Part shown: positions 23,885 to 32,031 of the stretch, piece by piece
How the letters are laid out: each line of letters opens with the position of its first letter
How positions within the stretch are numbered: the stretch's first letter is position 1
IMG/VR virus record: IMGVR_UViG_3300036979_000962
Location: 1 to 50,016 of that record
Reading direction: 5' to 3' (one strand)
From: a virus
Taxonomy: Duplodnaviria; Caudoviricetes
DNA: 50,016 nucleotides
Translations under genes and position numbers: made by a program
The notes under the pieces: generated by a model
What the model was told of the DNA's origin: nothing
The model's database searches: none
What the model saw: only the letters and a program-made list of their open reading frames with translations

Positions 23885-26800
23885 TAGATTTTCCTCCCGA
23901 CGCGCCGGAGTTGCCGGCTGACTATGTGCGCCATCTGCTCGCCGGCCGCCTCGAGGTCTCGCCGCGAGACGCCGGTCGTCGAGACGAGAGGTCCGTTGAA
24001 TTGGATGGTCGGTCCGCCGCCGCCCGCGCCCGCGAGGGCCGGCGCGAGAGCGGGAGCGCCCGAGAACCGCGGGAGCGTGAAGGCGTCGCGGACGATTCGG
24101 ACGAGTTTCTTTTCCGGAAGGACATACTCCGGGCCGGCCTCGCCGATGAGAACATCCTTGAGCCGGGTCGGCTCGTCGAACGCCGCGCCTTCGGCGAGCG
24201 GGGTCGGCTGGGCGGCGATGAGGCCGACTTGGACCGCGCCCATCGCGCCGACGAGAGCCGCCATCACGATTCCGACCCACGGCGGGCCCGACAGCGCGAG
24301 CGCGTTCGTCACGGCGACGGCCGTGTTGACTATCGCGTTCATCAGCGCGATTCCCTTCGTCAGCGCGGCGCCCTTCCGCTGGGCGGCGTCCTTCTTGACT
24401 TGGTATTCGGCCTCGAGCGCGGAGATGGCCTCCTGCTTTTTCGTCTCATCGGTTATCGTCTTGTTGATGTAGGCGAGCCGGGTCTGATATTCATTCTCCA
24501 CGGTTATCGCCGCGTTCGTCTGGATTTGTCCGGCGATGTCCGAGAGGACCCCGCTCAACATACTCCACGCTTGAGACACCTTGTCGACGGCCCGGGTCGC
24601 CGCCGAGACGAATCTCCCCCACGGGCTCGTGTTGGCCGCGATTTTCTGGAGCCGCTCGAGTTCGTCCGAGAGTTCCGCATAGCGCTCGGTCGTCAATCCC
24701 GGGAGGAGGAGCGCTTGCTTGACCTCTTCGATTCGGAGCGATACCTCACTCAGCGTCCCGCCCTTCGTCAAACTCTCCATCGCCGTCCGTATGCCTTCGC
24801 TCGACGCGAATCCGGCCGTCGCGAGGTCGCCGAGGAGGTCGCCGAGGACGCCTTTGAGGAGGAGCGACTTGTCGCCGGTTTCGGAAAGAATTTGCGCCCA
24901 ACTCTCCTCCCAAGTCTCCTCGTTGAGTTTGAGTTCGAACTCGGCGCTGAACAGCCCCTCCGGGCCCTCCCCCGTCTTCATATACTTGTCGAAGTCCTCG
25001 AACTTTATGTCCCATCCGGTCCGCTCTTTGACCGCCTTCTCCCACGCCGTCGCGTTCTCCGCGACCGCCTCGGTCAGCGTGTCGATGGCCTCGGAGAAGG
25101 TCGTATACTTCGGAGTCACGCCGCTAATCTCCTCCTCGATTGCGGCGATGGCGTCCTTCATTTTCTTAATTTGGCCGGGAGTCTTCTCCGTCGACGCCAT
25201 CAGTTGGTCGAGCGCGGCCCGCGCCGCCCGGAGGTCGCGTTGGAGTTCCGCGTTGGTCTTGAGGTCGTAGGTCTTCCAGATGTCCGCGACGGCCGCGCCC
25301 GTCTCCGCGGCCTTCCCTTTGAGGAAGTCGAGCGACTTCCCGAGTTCCCACACCACCGCCCCGAGCCGGCTGAGGCCCGTCCCGAAGTCTTCGGTCCCCT
25401 TCGTCGCCGTCGGCCAATAGCCGGTGAGTTCGGCAACCTTCTTCCGGAGCGTCTCGACATCCGCGTAGAGCGCCGCGGTCTTCTTCCGCGTCTCCTCGGC
25501 CACCGCCGCGTTCTTCGCCCACTTCGCGGCGAGCGTGTTGAGTTCGGTGCTTCCGAGGTCGCCCGATTTCGCCCACTCGGCTTGGAGGAGGCGGAGCGCT
25601 TCGGCGTAGTTCTTTACCTTGCCGTTCGACAACTCGAGCGCCTTGTTCCAGACCTTCGTCCGGAGCGCGGCCCGCTCGGTCGCGCCGGCCGTCAGTTCGA
25701 GTTCCTTCCTTCCGATTCCGAGGATTTTCCCGATGCCTTTCCCGACGCTAATCCACAGCCCATACCACCATTGGAGGACCTTGTCGAATCCGGTCAATTT
25801 CGAGAGGAGCCGCGTGAGCCCGTAGGCGAGGCCGCCGACGACGAGCGCGAGGAGAGCCGCCCCGAGGGCCCCGAGCGCGGTCGCGGCTTGAGCGAAGTAG
25901 GCGGCGAGCATCGGCGCCGTCTTCAGCAACAGCGCTTGGGAGGCGAGGAGCCCGGCCGCGCCTATCGACGCCGCCCCGAACGCGAGCGCGAGAACGCCGA
26001 GCGCGGTCGCGAGCGTCCCGATGACGCCGATGTAGGTCGTGTTGCCGTCGACAAGGTCCGTGAGATGCTTGGTCGTCCAGCGGAGCGCCGAGTTGAGAGC
26101 CTCGACTTGGGGCGCGAGCGACTTGCCTATCGCTTCGGCGAGGAGGTTCATCTCGTTCTTCGTGAGTTGGAGTTGGCTCTTGAGGCTCTCGAGTTGCTTC
26201 TTGGCTATCTCCTCGGTCGTCCCCTTCGCCTTCCGGAGTTCCTTCTCCATATTCCGGAGTTCCTTCGAGAACCCGATGAGCGACATAATCGAGGCGACGC
26301 TCCGGTCTTGGAAGTCCATCTCCATCAAAATCGACCGGCGCTTCTCGTCCGACTGCCCCTTCATCGCCACTTCGAGTTCGCCGACGATGTCGGCGAGGTT
26401 TCTCATCTCGCCGGCCGAGTCGAACACGGTGACATTGTATTTTTCGAAGGCCGCCTTGTTATTGAGGGTCCGCGTTTGGAGGTCGCGGAGAACGATGTCG
26501 AGCCGGGTCCCGGCCTCCGCGCCCTTGATGCCGGCGTTCGCCATAATCGCAAGCGCCGCGACGCCCTCCTCGACATCCTTCCCGACCATCCGCAACGCCG
26601 GCGCGGCCCGGTTCGTGAGCGCCTCGGAGAAGTCTTGGATGGAGCCGTTGGCGAGGATATTCGCCTTCGAGAGAACATCGGAGACGCGGACCATATTCTC
26701 CATATTCTTGACCGCGTCGTCGCGAATGCGGAGCCCGAGCGCCGATTGCGCGTCGGCGAGAAGAGTCGTCGCTAACTCGAGGTCGAACATACCGGCTTGG

Positions 26801-27231
26801 GCGAACTTCGCGACCGCCGGGAGCGCCTTCATTGACTCTTGCGCGGAGAGTCCGGCCGAGGAGAGGAAGTAGTAGGCCGCGGCCGCCTTCTCCGACGACA
26901 CGGTCGTCGTCCTCGCGACCTCTTTCGCGACGGCCTCGAGTTCGTGACGGAGTTTCGCGCCGTCGTCTCCCATAATCGCCAACGACTTCGACATCGCGTC
27001 GTTGAACTTCGTGAACGAATTGACGGCGACGGCGGCGACGCCGACGATAGCGCCGCCGAGCATCGCCATCTGGACGCCGAATTGACGGAGCGAGCCGGCC
27101 AACTGCTCCGCGCCGGCGGCGGTCCGCTGATTTTGGCGGACGACATCGGCCATCGCCGAGTTCCAGCCGCTCTTGTCGAGGACGAGTTTCGCGACGATGG
27201 ACCCGGCCATAAAGCCAGCGGTAACGGCCAT
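23884..27231 (-). CDS. Tape measure protein (TP901-type)
   Basis: 1115 aa, helical and Ala-rich; GIKGAEAGT, FDSAGEMRNL and LAEG...GEAGPEYVLP. Confidence 0.95.
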   Translation of the reverse strand: MAVTAGFMAGSIVAKLVLDKSGWNSAMADVVRQNQRTAAGAEQLAGSLRQFGVQMAMLGGAIVGVAAVAVNSFTKFNDAMSKSLAIMGDDGAKLRHELEAVAKEVARTTTVSSEKAAAAYYFLSSAGLSAQESMKALPAVAKFAQAGMFDLELATTLLADAQSALGLRIRDDAVKNMENMVRVSDVLSKANILANGSIQDFSEALTNRAAPALRMVGKDVEEGVAALAIMANAGIKGAEAGTRLDIVLRDLQTRTLNNKAAFEKYNVTVFDSAGEMRNLADIVGELEVAMKGQSDEKRRSILMEMDFQDRSVASIMSLIGFSKELRNMEKELRKAKGTTEEIAKKQLESLKSQLQLTKNEMNLLAEAIGKSLAPQVEALNSALRWTTKHLTDLVDGNTTYIGVIGTLATALGVLALAFGAASIGAAGLLASQALLLKTAPMLAAYFAQAATALGALGAALLALVVGGLAYGLTRLLSKLTGFDKVLQWWYGLWISVGKGIGKILGIGRKELELTAGATERAALRTKVWNKALELSNGKVKNYAEALRLLQAEWAKSGDLGSTELNTLAAKWAKNAAVAEETRKKTAALYADVETLRKKVAELTGYWPTATKGTEDFGTGLSRLGAVVWELGKSLDFLKGKAAETGAAVADIWKTYDLKTNAELQRDLRAARAALDQLMASTEKTPGQIKKMKDAIAAIEEEISGVTPKYTTFSEAIDTLTEAVAENATAWEKAVKERTGWDIKFEDFDKYMKTGEGPEGLFSAEFELKLNEETWEESWAQILSETGDKSLLLKGVLGDLLGDLATAGFASSEGIRTAMESLTKGGTLSEVSLRIEEVKQALLLPGLTTERYAELSDELERLQKIAANTSPWGRFVSAATRAVDKVSQAWSMLSGVLSDIAGQIQTNAAITVENEYQTRLAYINKTITDETKKQEAISALEAEYQVKKDAAQRKGAALTKGIALMNAIVNTAVAVTNALALSGPPWVGIVMAALVGAMGAVQVGLIAAQPTPLAEGAAFDEPTRLKDVLIGEAGPEYVLPEKKLVRIVRDAFTLPRFSGAPALAPALAGAGGGGPTIQFNGPLVSTTGVSRRDLEAAGEQMAHIVSRQLRRVGRKI

Positions 27232-27629
27232 TATCGTATCCTCCTCGCCTTCGACGGAGCCTTGAGTTTCTTCTTAGGCTTCCCCGCGGCCTTCCGCTTC
27301 GCGAGGACTTTCGCGGCGTGAGCCCGGCGTTCTTTTATGAGGACGGCGTTGTCCTTCTCTGTGTCGGCGATGTTGTCGGTGACATCGAACTCCATCATCT
27401 CGGCGCGGAGCGCGTCGAGTTCCTCTCGGATGTGCTCCGGCTTTTGATACGGGAGGAGCGAGGCGTTGAACGAATCAACCCTTCGGTTCAACATCTTCCG
27501 CCTCGCCTCCGTCGCCCAAAAGAATAAATCCCGCACCCCCATCCCGGCAAAATCCGAAAACGAAAACAGGCCGGGGAACTCTCCCGCTACGAGGGCAACG
27601 ATTCGCCACCCGGCCCGGATGCGTTTTTT
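27231..27629 (-). CDS. Tail assembly chaperone, -1 frameshift extension (gpT-like)
   Basis: The -1 frame is open from the slippery A AAA AAC (27629-27623) through ORF 27231-27542. Confidence 0.7.
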   Translation of the reverse strand, partial: KKRIRAGWRIVALVAGEFPGLFSFSDFAGMGVRDLFFWATEARRKMLNRRVDSFNASLLPYQKPEHIREELDALRAEMMEFDVTDNIADTEKDNAVLIKERRAHAAKVLAKRKAAGKPKKKLKAPSKARRIR

Positions 27630-27913
27630 TCTTCAGCCGCCGGATTGATGGAGCGCTCGATGAGCACCTCGACCAACTTCCGAAGTTTCGAGAGTTGGAG
27701 GTTGCGGACGACGGAGATGTCGCCCTCGATGAGAGCCTCGAGCGTCCGCCGAATCGCGGCCGCGGAGCCGGCGTTCAAGTCGGTCTGGAGTTCTTGGATT
27801 TTCTCGAGACTCCCGAGCGTGACCTCCTTGACGCGATAGACCTTCCCGTCTATCTCGACCTCGACCGGCTCGAACAGCGACGCCTTCGTATCGAGTTTGA
27901 GGACTATCGCCAT
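27587..27913 (-). CDS. Tail assembly chaperone (gpG-like)
   Basis: Between tail tube and TMP; ends EEKN-ASG at the slippery site. Confidence 0.8.
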   Translation of the reverse strand: MAIVLKLDTKASLFEPVEVEIDGKVYRVKEVTLGSLEKIQELQTDLNAGSAAAIRRTLEALIEGDISVVRNLQLSKLRKLVEVLIERSINPAAEEKNASGPGGESLPS

Positions 27914-28449
27914 TAGAGGATGCTCGCGCCGGAGTCCATCCCGATGGTCCCGTAGTCGCCGACGGTGGCCGACTCCTGCGACACGAACACCTTGAACTTC
28001 ACCGGGAAGATTCGCTGAGTGTCCTTGTTGTAGGTGAGGTCGAGGCCGGCGACGGGATAGGTCTTGTAGAGATGGACCCACTCGCAGGGATTCGTCGAGA
28101 CGATGTTGCCGCAGACGGGCTTGATGACGAGCGCCTTCGAGAGCGGGTAGAGGTCGCATCCGATTTGATTCCGAATCGGGATGACGCATCCGCTCTCGTC
28201 GACATTCAGAACGCGAGCGAGTTGAGCGACCGAGAGCCGCGTCAGCGGGACCTCGAGCGTCACGACCGAGCCGGTGAGGACGGCGTTGACGGCGGCGTCG
28301 CCGGCTTGGTCCTCGTTGATGTCGGAGGCGTTCGTCTCCATCGTCAACTTGACATCGCCGAGCGTCTTGCCGAGGTAGGCCGCGTCGCTCTCGCCGTAGC
28401 CCCAAACGATTTCGCAGGGGCCCTTGTCCAGCATAGGGGATGTAGGCAT
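27913..28449 (-). CDS. Major tail (tube) protein
   Basis: 178 aa; LGKTLGDVKLT; position; strong RBS. Confidence 0.8.
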   Translation of the reverse strand: MPTSPMLDKGPCEIVWGYGESDAAYLGKTLGDVKLTMETNASDINEDQAGDAAVNAVLTGSVVTLEVPLTRLSVAQLARVLNVDESGCVIPIRNQIGCDLYPLSKALVIKPVCGNIVSTNPCEWVHLYKTYPVAGLDLTYNKDTQRIFPVKFKVFVSQESATVGDYGTIGMDSGASIL

Positions 28450-28474
28450 TAGAACCTCCTAAGTTCTATTCGGC

Positions 28475-28897
28475 TCAAGGCGTTCCGGACACACAGGAGC
28501 CTTCTTCCATTCGGAATATGTAGTTCGTCGAAAAGAGATGGCGGCGGTTGTCGTCTTGGCCGAGCGATTGCGGGATGTAAAGCGCTTCGACTGTCATCGC
28601 GAGGTAGCCCTCGCCGCTCCCGTCGAGCCGCGGGAGATTCCATCCGGAGGTGCCGTGGAGCGCGTGGTAGACGGCGTAGGCGTCCTCGCGGGCGTCGAAG
28701 TAAGTCTCGGCGCGGTTGAGGATTTGGATGGCGACATCGGCCATATCCTCGTTCGGGTAGAAGTAGGTCGGCCCGCCCGCCTCGATGACGAGCACCATCC
28801 GCGGCGGAGCGTTCTGGAGAGCGTGGCCGATTTGGAGTTTCGTCCCGATGGTGAAGCCGGTGAGGCCCTCGATGAGCGTGGCGATTTCGCGTATCAC
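28475..28897 (-). CDS. Tail terminator / minor capsid-like
   Basis: GTGA overlap; LGQDDNRRHLFSTNY motif; position. Confidence 0.7.
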   Translation of the reverse strand: MIREIATLIEGLTGFTIGTKLQIGHALQNAPPRMVLVIEAGGPTYFYPNEDMADVAIQILNRAETYFDAREDAYAVYHALHGTSGWNLPRLDGSGEGYLAMTVEALYIPQSLGQDDNRRHLFSTNYIFRMEEGSCVSGTP

Positions 28898-29349
28898 TTC
28901 ATCCCCGTCCCGGCCCCGATTTGGTCGGCCATAATTTCGAGATACTTGTTGCGGTTCATCATCAACTTCGACTCGAGGAACTTCGGCCCGGGCTGAGAGG
29001 CGCCCTTGTCGTAGGTCCAATGGATTCCGGCCGTGAGCGGGACCTCGTGCCACTTGTGGGCGTATTCGATGTTGAACCCGGCCTCGATTTCGGCGAAGCC
29101 GGCGGAGACCTCGGCCTTCGTCGTCCGGGCCGAGCGCCAAAGGTCGCCCGAGCGCTTCGGCGCTTGGGGCCCGACATCGCGGGCGTCGGCGAGGAGTTCG
29201 TTCGCCGCGGCGAAGAGCGCCTTCCCGGCGGCCTTCGAGTCGACGAGTTCCATCAGCACACGGAGCCGGGCCTCGACTTGCGAGGTGTCGAAAGTCCAAT
29301 GGGCCTGTATGCCGTGGCCGCCGGCCGTCGGTCGAGTCGTTGCCGCCAT
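28894..29349 (-). CDS. HK97 gp10-like neck protein
   Basis: APKRSGDLWRS, EYA..WHE and GPKFLE. Confidence 0.8.
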   Translation of the reverse strand: MAATTRPTAGGHGIQAHWTFDTSQVEARLRVLMELVDSKAAGKALFAAANELLADARDVGPQAPKRSGDLWRSARTTKAEVSAGFAEIEAGFNIEYAHKWHEVPLTAGIHWTYDKGASQPGPKFLESKLMMNRNKYLEIMADQIGAGTGMK

Positions 29350-29357
29350 CGTCTCCT

Positions 29358-29720
29358 CTATGCCAAGTAAATCTCGTAATGAGGATGCGAGAAGTCCTTA
29401 GGCTTCCTGATTTCGATTATAGCACGGTCAAACGACTCGCCGCCGATTTGGATGCGGTCCTCGAGCGAGAGTTTTCTCCCGAGGAACGCGGCCCGCTCTA
29501 TCTTCCTCGGAAGGTATATCATCACGGTCGAGACGACCTCCTCGGCCGTCGCCGTTTTCCCGGCGCCGGTCTTCCGCGTCCGAACGAGGTTCGTCTTCCA
29601 TTCGACATATCCCCGGACGACGACCGAGGTCCCCGACTCCGGCTCGCCCCACGAGTCGTAGCCCTCGTGTTTGAGGATGGTGATTTCGTCGACCGCGTAG
29701 GCGTTTAACATTCCTCTCAT
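29358..29720 (-). CDS. Head-closure protein
   Basis: YDSWGEP..., HYEIYL; position. Confidence 0.65.
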   Translation of the reverse strand: MRGMLNAYAVDEITILKHEGYDSWGEPESGTSVVVRGYVEWKTNLVRTRKTGAGKTATAEEVVSTVMIYLPRKIERAAFLGRKLSLEDRIQIGGESFDRAIIEIRKPKDFSHPHYEIYLA

Positions 29721-29920
29721 CGCCGCCCCTCCTTCGTTTCGAAGTAGACCCGGTTCGCCTCGTCCTCGTCGCCGCGGAGGTGGTCGTGCGGGTCCGCGCC
29801 GAAGAGAATCTCCATCGGAATCCCGTCGCCGGCCGGGAACGCCGCGCAGAACACGGGCGGAGCCGCGCCGCGGCGGGAGCGGAGATGCCGGCAGTCCCAA
29901 CAAGTGTCGTGTGGTCTCAT
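29717..29920 (-). CDS. Small Cys/His protein coupled to the minor-capsid/toxin fusion
   Basis: CWDCRH...CAAFP.G.GIP..I....DPH; ATGA overlap. Confidence 0.65.
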   Translation of the reverse strand: MRPHDTCWDCRHLRSRRGAAPPVFCAAFPAGDGIPMEILFGADPHDHLRGDEDEANRVYFETKEGRR

Positions 29921-31530
29921 CGCACAATCCTCCTCGCCGTCGCCCGGGCGGCTTGCTTTACGACCGTGATTCGCTTCGGGTCGAAGACGACATACCAGTA
30001 ATACGGGCGCTCCCCGCGGACAAAAGAACTTCGCTTAATCCGGATGGCGTCGATGCCCCTCGACTTCGCCCACTCCGCGAGCGCCTCGTCGTAGTGAAGG
30101 AACGAGCCCGGGTGTGCCGGCTCCCAAACCATTCGTATCCAAGTTTGCGCGGCATCGAAAACGCCGTCGGAGTAATCGACGACCTTCCGGACATTCATCC
30201 GGACTTTGAGATTGATGGGCCCGAAGGCCGGCTCCGCAACTCCCGACGAGTAGACGCCGCGGCCGTAGGCGTTATTGTTGCCGGGCTGGAGCCCGCTGTT
30301 CATTATCCCGCGGACCGATTGCTGAGTTCGCGTATTATGATTTAGGTCCATCTTGAGGATGCTGTCCTTCGACCACGCGTCCGCCTCGCTCTTCGTCATC
30401 CACGGCTTCCATTCGACCTCGCGGACGCCGGCGGCCTCGACCGGCGGAACGGGCGGAGGAGCGACGACCGGAGGCGGAGGAGGAGGTGGCGGTGGAGCCG
30501 GCGGAGGCGCCGGGGCGGGAACGGGCTTGGGAGGCGCTAGGACGGGCTTTCTCGCCGAGCCCGGCCTCGGCCTCGGGACGGGCTTCGTTCGGGCCGCCTT
30601 GGGCCGCGCAGGGGCCGTCCGGGCCGCCCTCCGGACGAGGGCCGCGGCAATATCCTCCGTCGACAGCCCCGCGGTCCCCCCGCGCACTCCCGCGGGCCGG
30701 GTCGCGAGCGCGACCTCCGTCGTCGGGAGGAGCGAGTGTTCGCAGTTCGGGTGGAGCGGCGGAGACTCGGTGAGCGGAGGATAGGTCGGATGCTTTCCGG
30801 AAATCGAGTAGATGTTCCCCTCGTATTCGAAGCACGCCGCGCAAATCGTTCCGTGGTCGGACCATTGAACGAGGTCGTTCTCGTATTGCCCGCAGAGGTC
30901 GAGCGTCGCCGCCGTCTGCGCTTCGGCGTAGGTATTCCGGGCAACGAGTTCCGCGTATTTGCTGGCTTGGAAGGTCCGCCCGTTTATGACTATCGTCTTG
31001 TCGTCGCCGATGATTTCGCGGAGGTGCTCTTTGACTTGTTTGGCGAGGACGCCGCGGGCCTTCTCCCGCGCCACCGCGTCCCGCGCCATCCGCGTCACTT
31101 GGTCTTCGATTTGACCGAAGGCGAACTCGCGGACCTCGGCCGCCGCGACCACTCGCGACGCCATCGCCGTCACCGCAAGGAACCGCTCGGCCGTCTCGAC
31201 GATAGAGGCGTTGGCGCGGAGGAGCGTGACGGAGAGTTCGTCTTTGATGAGCCGGCGGCGGTCGATGTAGAGCGGGCGGACCGGATGCTTTCCGATGATT
31301 TCGAGCGCCGTCCGAGCCGTCGTCGCGCCGGCCGCGTAGGCCCGGTCGACCGCGCCTTCGGCCCACGCGACGACCGCCACATTCAGCGCCCGGACGATGC
31401 GCCGGGTCCGGTCGACCGCGGCGGCCGCGGCCGAGGCTCGGAACTCCCCGAGGTCGACCGCGAACAGCGCGGTCCGGAGTTCCCGCCCGGCCCGGTCGTA
31501 TATCGCCACGAGGCGCTCGGTATCCCCCAT
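29917..31530 (-). CDS. Minor capsid (MuF/gp7-like) protein fused to an ADP-ribosyltransferase-like domain
   Basis: C..C..YEG.IYSISG...PPLHPNCEH, a Pro-rich linker, then HNT...I...G...GRGVYSS...GIDAI...YVVFDP. Confidence 0.75.
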   Translation of the reverse strand: MGDTERLVAIYDRAGRELRTALFAVDLGEFRASAAAAAVDRTRRIVRALNVAVVAWAEGAVDRAYAAGATTARTALEIIGKHPVRPLYIDRRRLIKDELSVTLLRANASIVETAERFLAVTAMASRVVAAAEVREFAFGQIEDQVTRMARDAVAREKARGVLAKQVKEHLREIIGDDKTIVINGRTFQASKYAELVARNTYAEAQTAATLDLCGQYENDLVQWSDHGTICAACFEYEGNIYSISGKHPTYPPLTESPPLHPNCEHSLLPTTEVALATRPAGVRGGTAGLSTEDIAAALVRRAARTAPARPKAARTKPVPRPRPGSARKPVLAPPKPVPAPAPPPAPPPPPPPPPVVAPPPVPPVEAAGVREVEWKPWMTKSEADAWSKDSILKMDLNHNTRTQQSVRGIMNSGLQPGNNNAYGRGVYSSGVAEPAFGPINLKVRMNVRKVVDYSDGVFDAAQTWIRMVWEPAHPGSFLHYDEALAEWAKSRGIDAIRIKRSSFVRGERPYYWYVVFDPKRITVVKQAARATARRIVR

Positions 31531-31539
31531 CGCATCGCC

Positions 31540-32013
31540 CTAATCCAAGTCGCAGACATCCTCGTTGACGGAGAAGTTCTCGTCCCGGCAGAGGTCGACC
31601 ACGCCGAACGCCGTCTCCACCTCTCCCGCGAGGTAGGCGCATAGAATGTCGCGAACGAACTGCGGGATGGCCGTGTCGTAGAGTTTGTCCTTGTCGTATT
31701 TTTCCTTGACGATGCCGGCCTCGACGACGGCCTGAGCCTCGAGCCCTTTGCGCCGGTCCTCATCGTCTTGATGGACGGCGAGATAGTAGGCCATCTCGCC
31801 GTTCGCCTTCCGCAGAACGACAAGGTCGTCGCTCGTCGCGTCGGCGTAGGTCGGAACGATGAACTCTTTGGAGTGATAGATTCGGTTGTAGGCGTTGACG
31901 AGGACCCTCTGCTTCTGCGCGTTCGTGAGTTCGTCCCACGCCTCCGTCTCGAGCCGCTCGAGCGAGAAGTAGTTCTCCGCGTCCGCCACATCCAAGAACC
32001 ATCCGAATGCCAT
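31540..32013 (-). CDS. Head-tail adaptor (DnaT-like family)
   Basis: VADAENYF..RL...AW.....QKQRVLVNA. Confidence 0.75.
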   Translation of the reverse strand: MAFGWFLDVADAENYFSLERLETEAWDELTNAQKQRVLVNAYNRIYHSKEFIVPTYADATSDDLVVLRKANGEMAYYLAVHQDDEDRRKGLEAQAVVEAGIVKEKYDKDKLYDTAIPQFVRDILCAYLAGEVETAFGVVDLCRDENFSVNEDVCDLD

Positions 32014-32031
32014 TTTAGTCCTCCTCGCCGT

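Noticed and set aside
23911-26775. Long plus-strand ORFs (also 47611-49779, 43535-44851, 10673-11662 and others)
   Set aside because: Antisense shadows of recognisable minus-strand genes in GC-rich DNA; no motifs or RBS.
30520-30540. CCCAAGCCCG match to the twister loop
   Set aside because: It lies in the Pro-rich coding linker (PPKP), with no P4 stem, P1 or P2.
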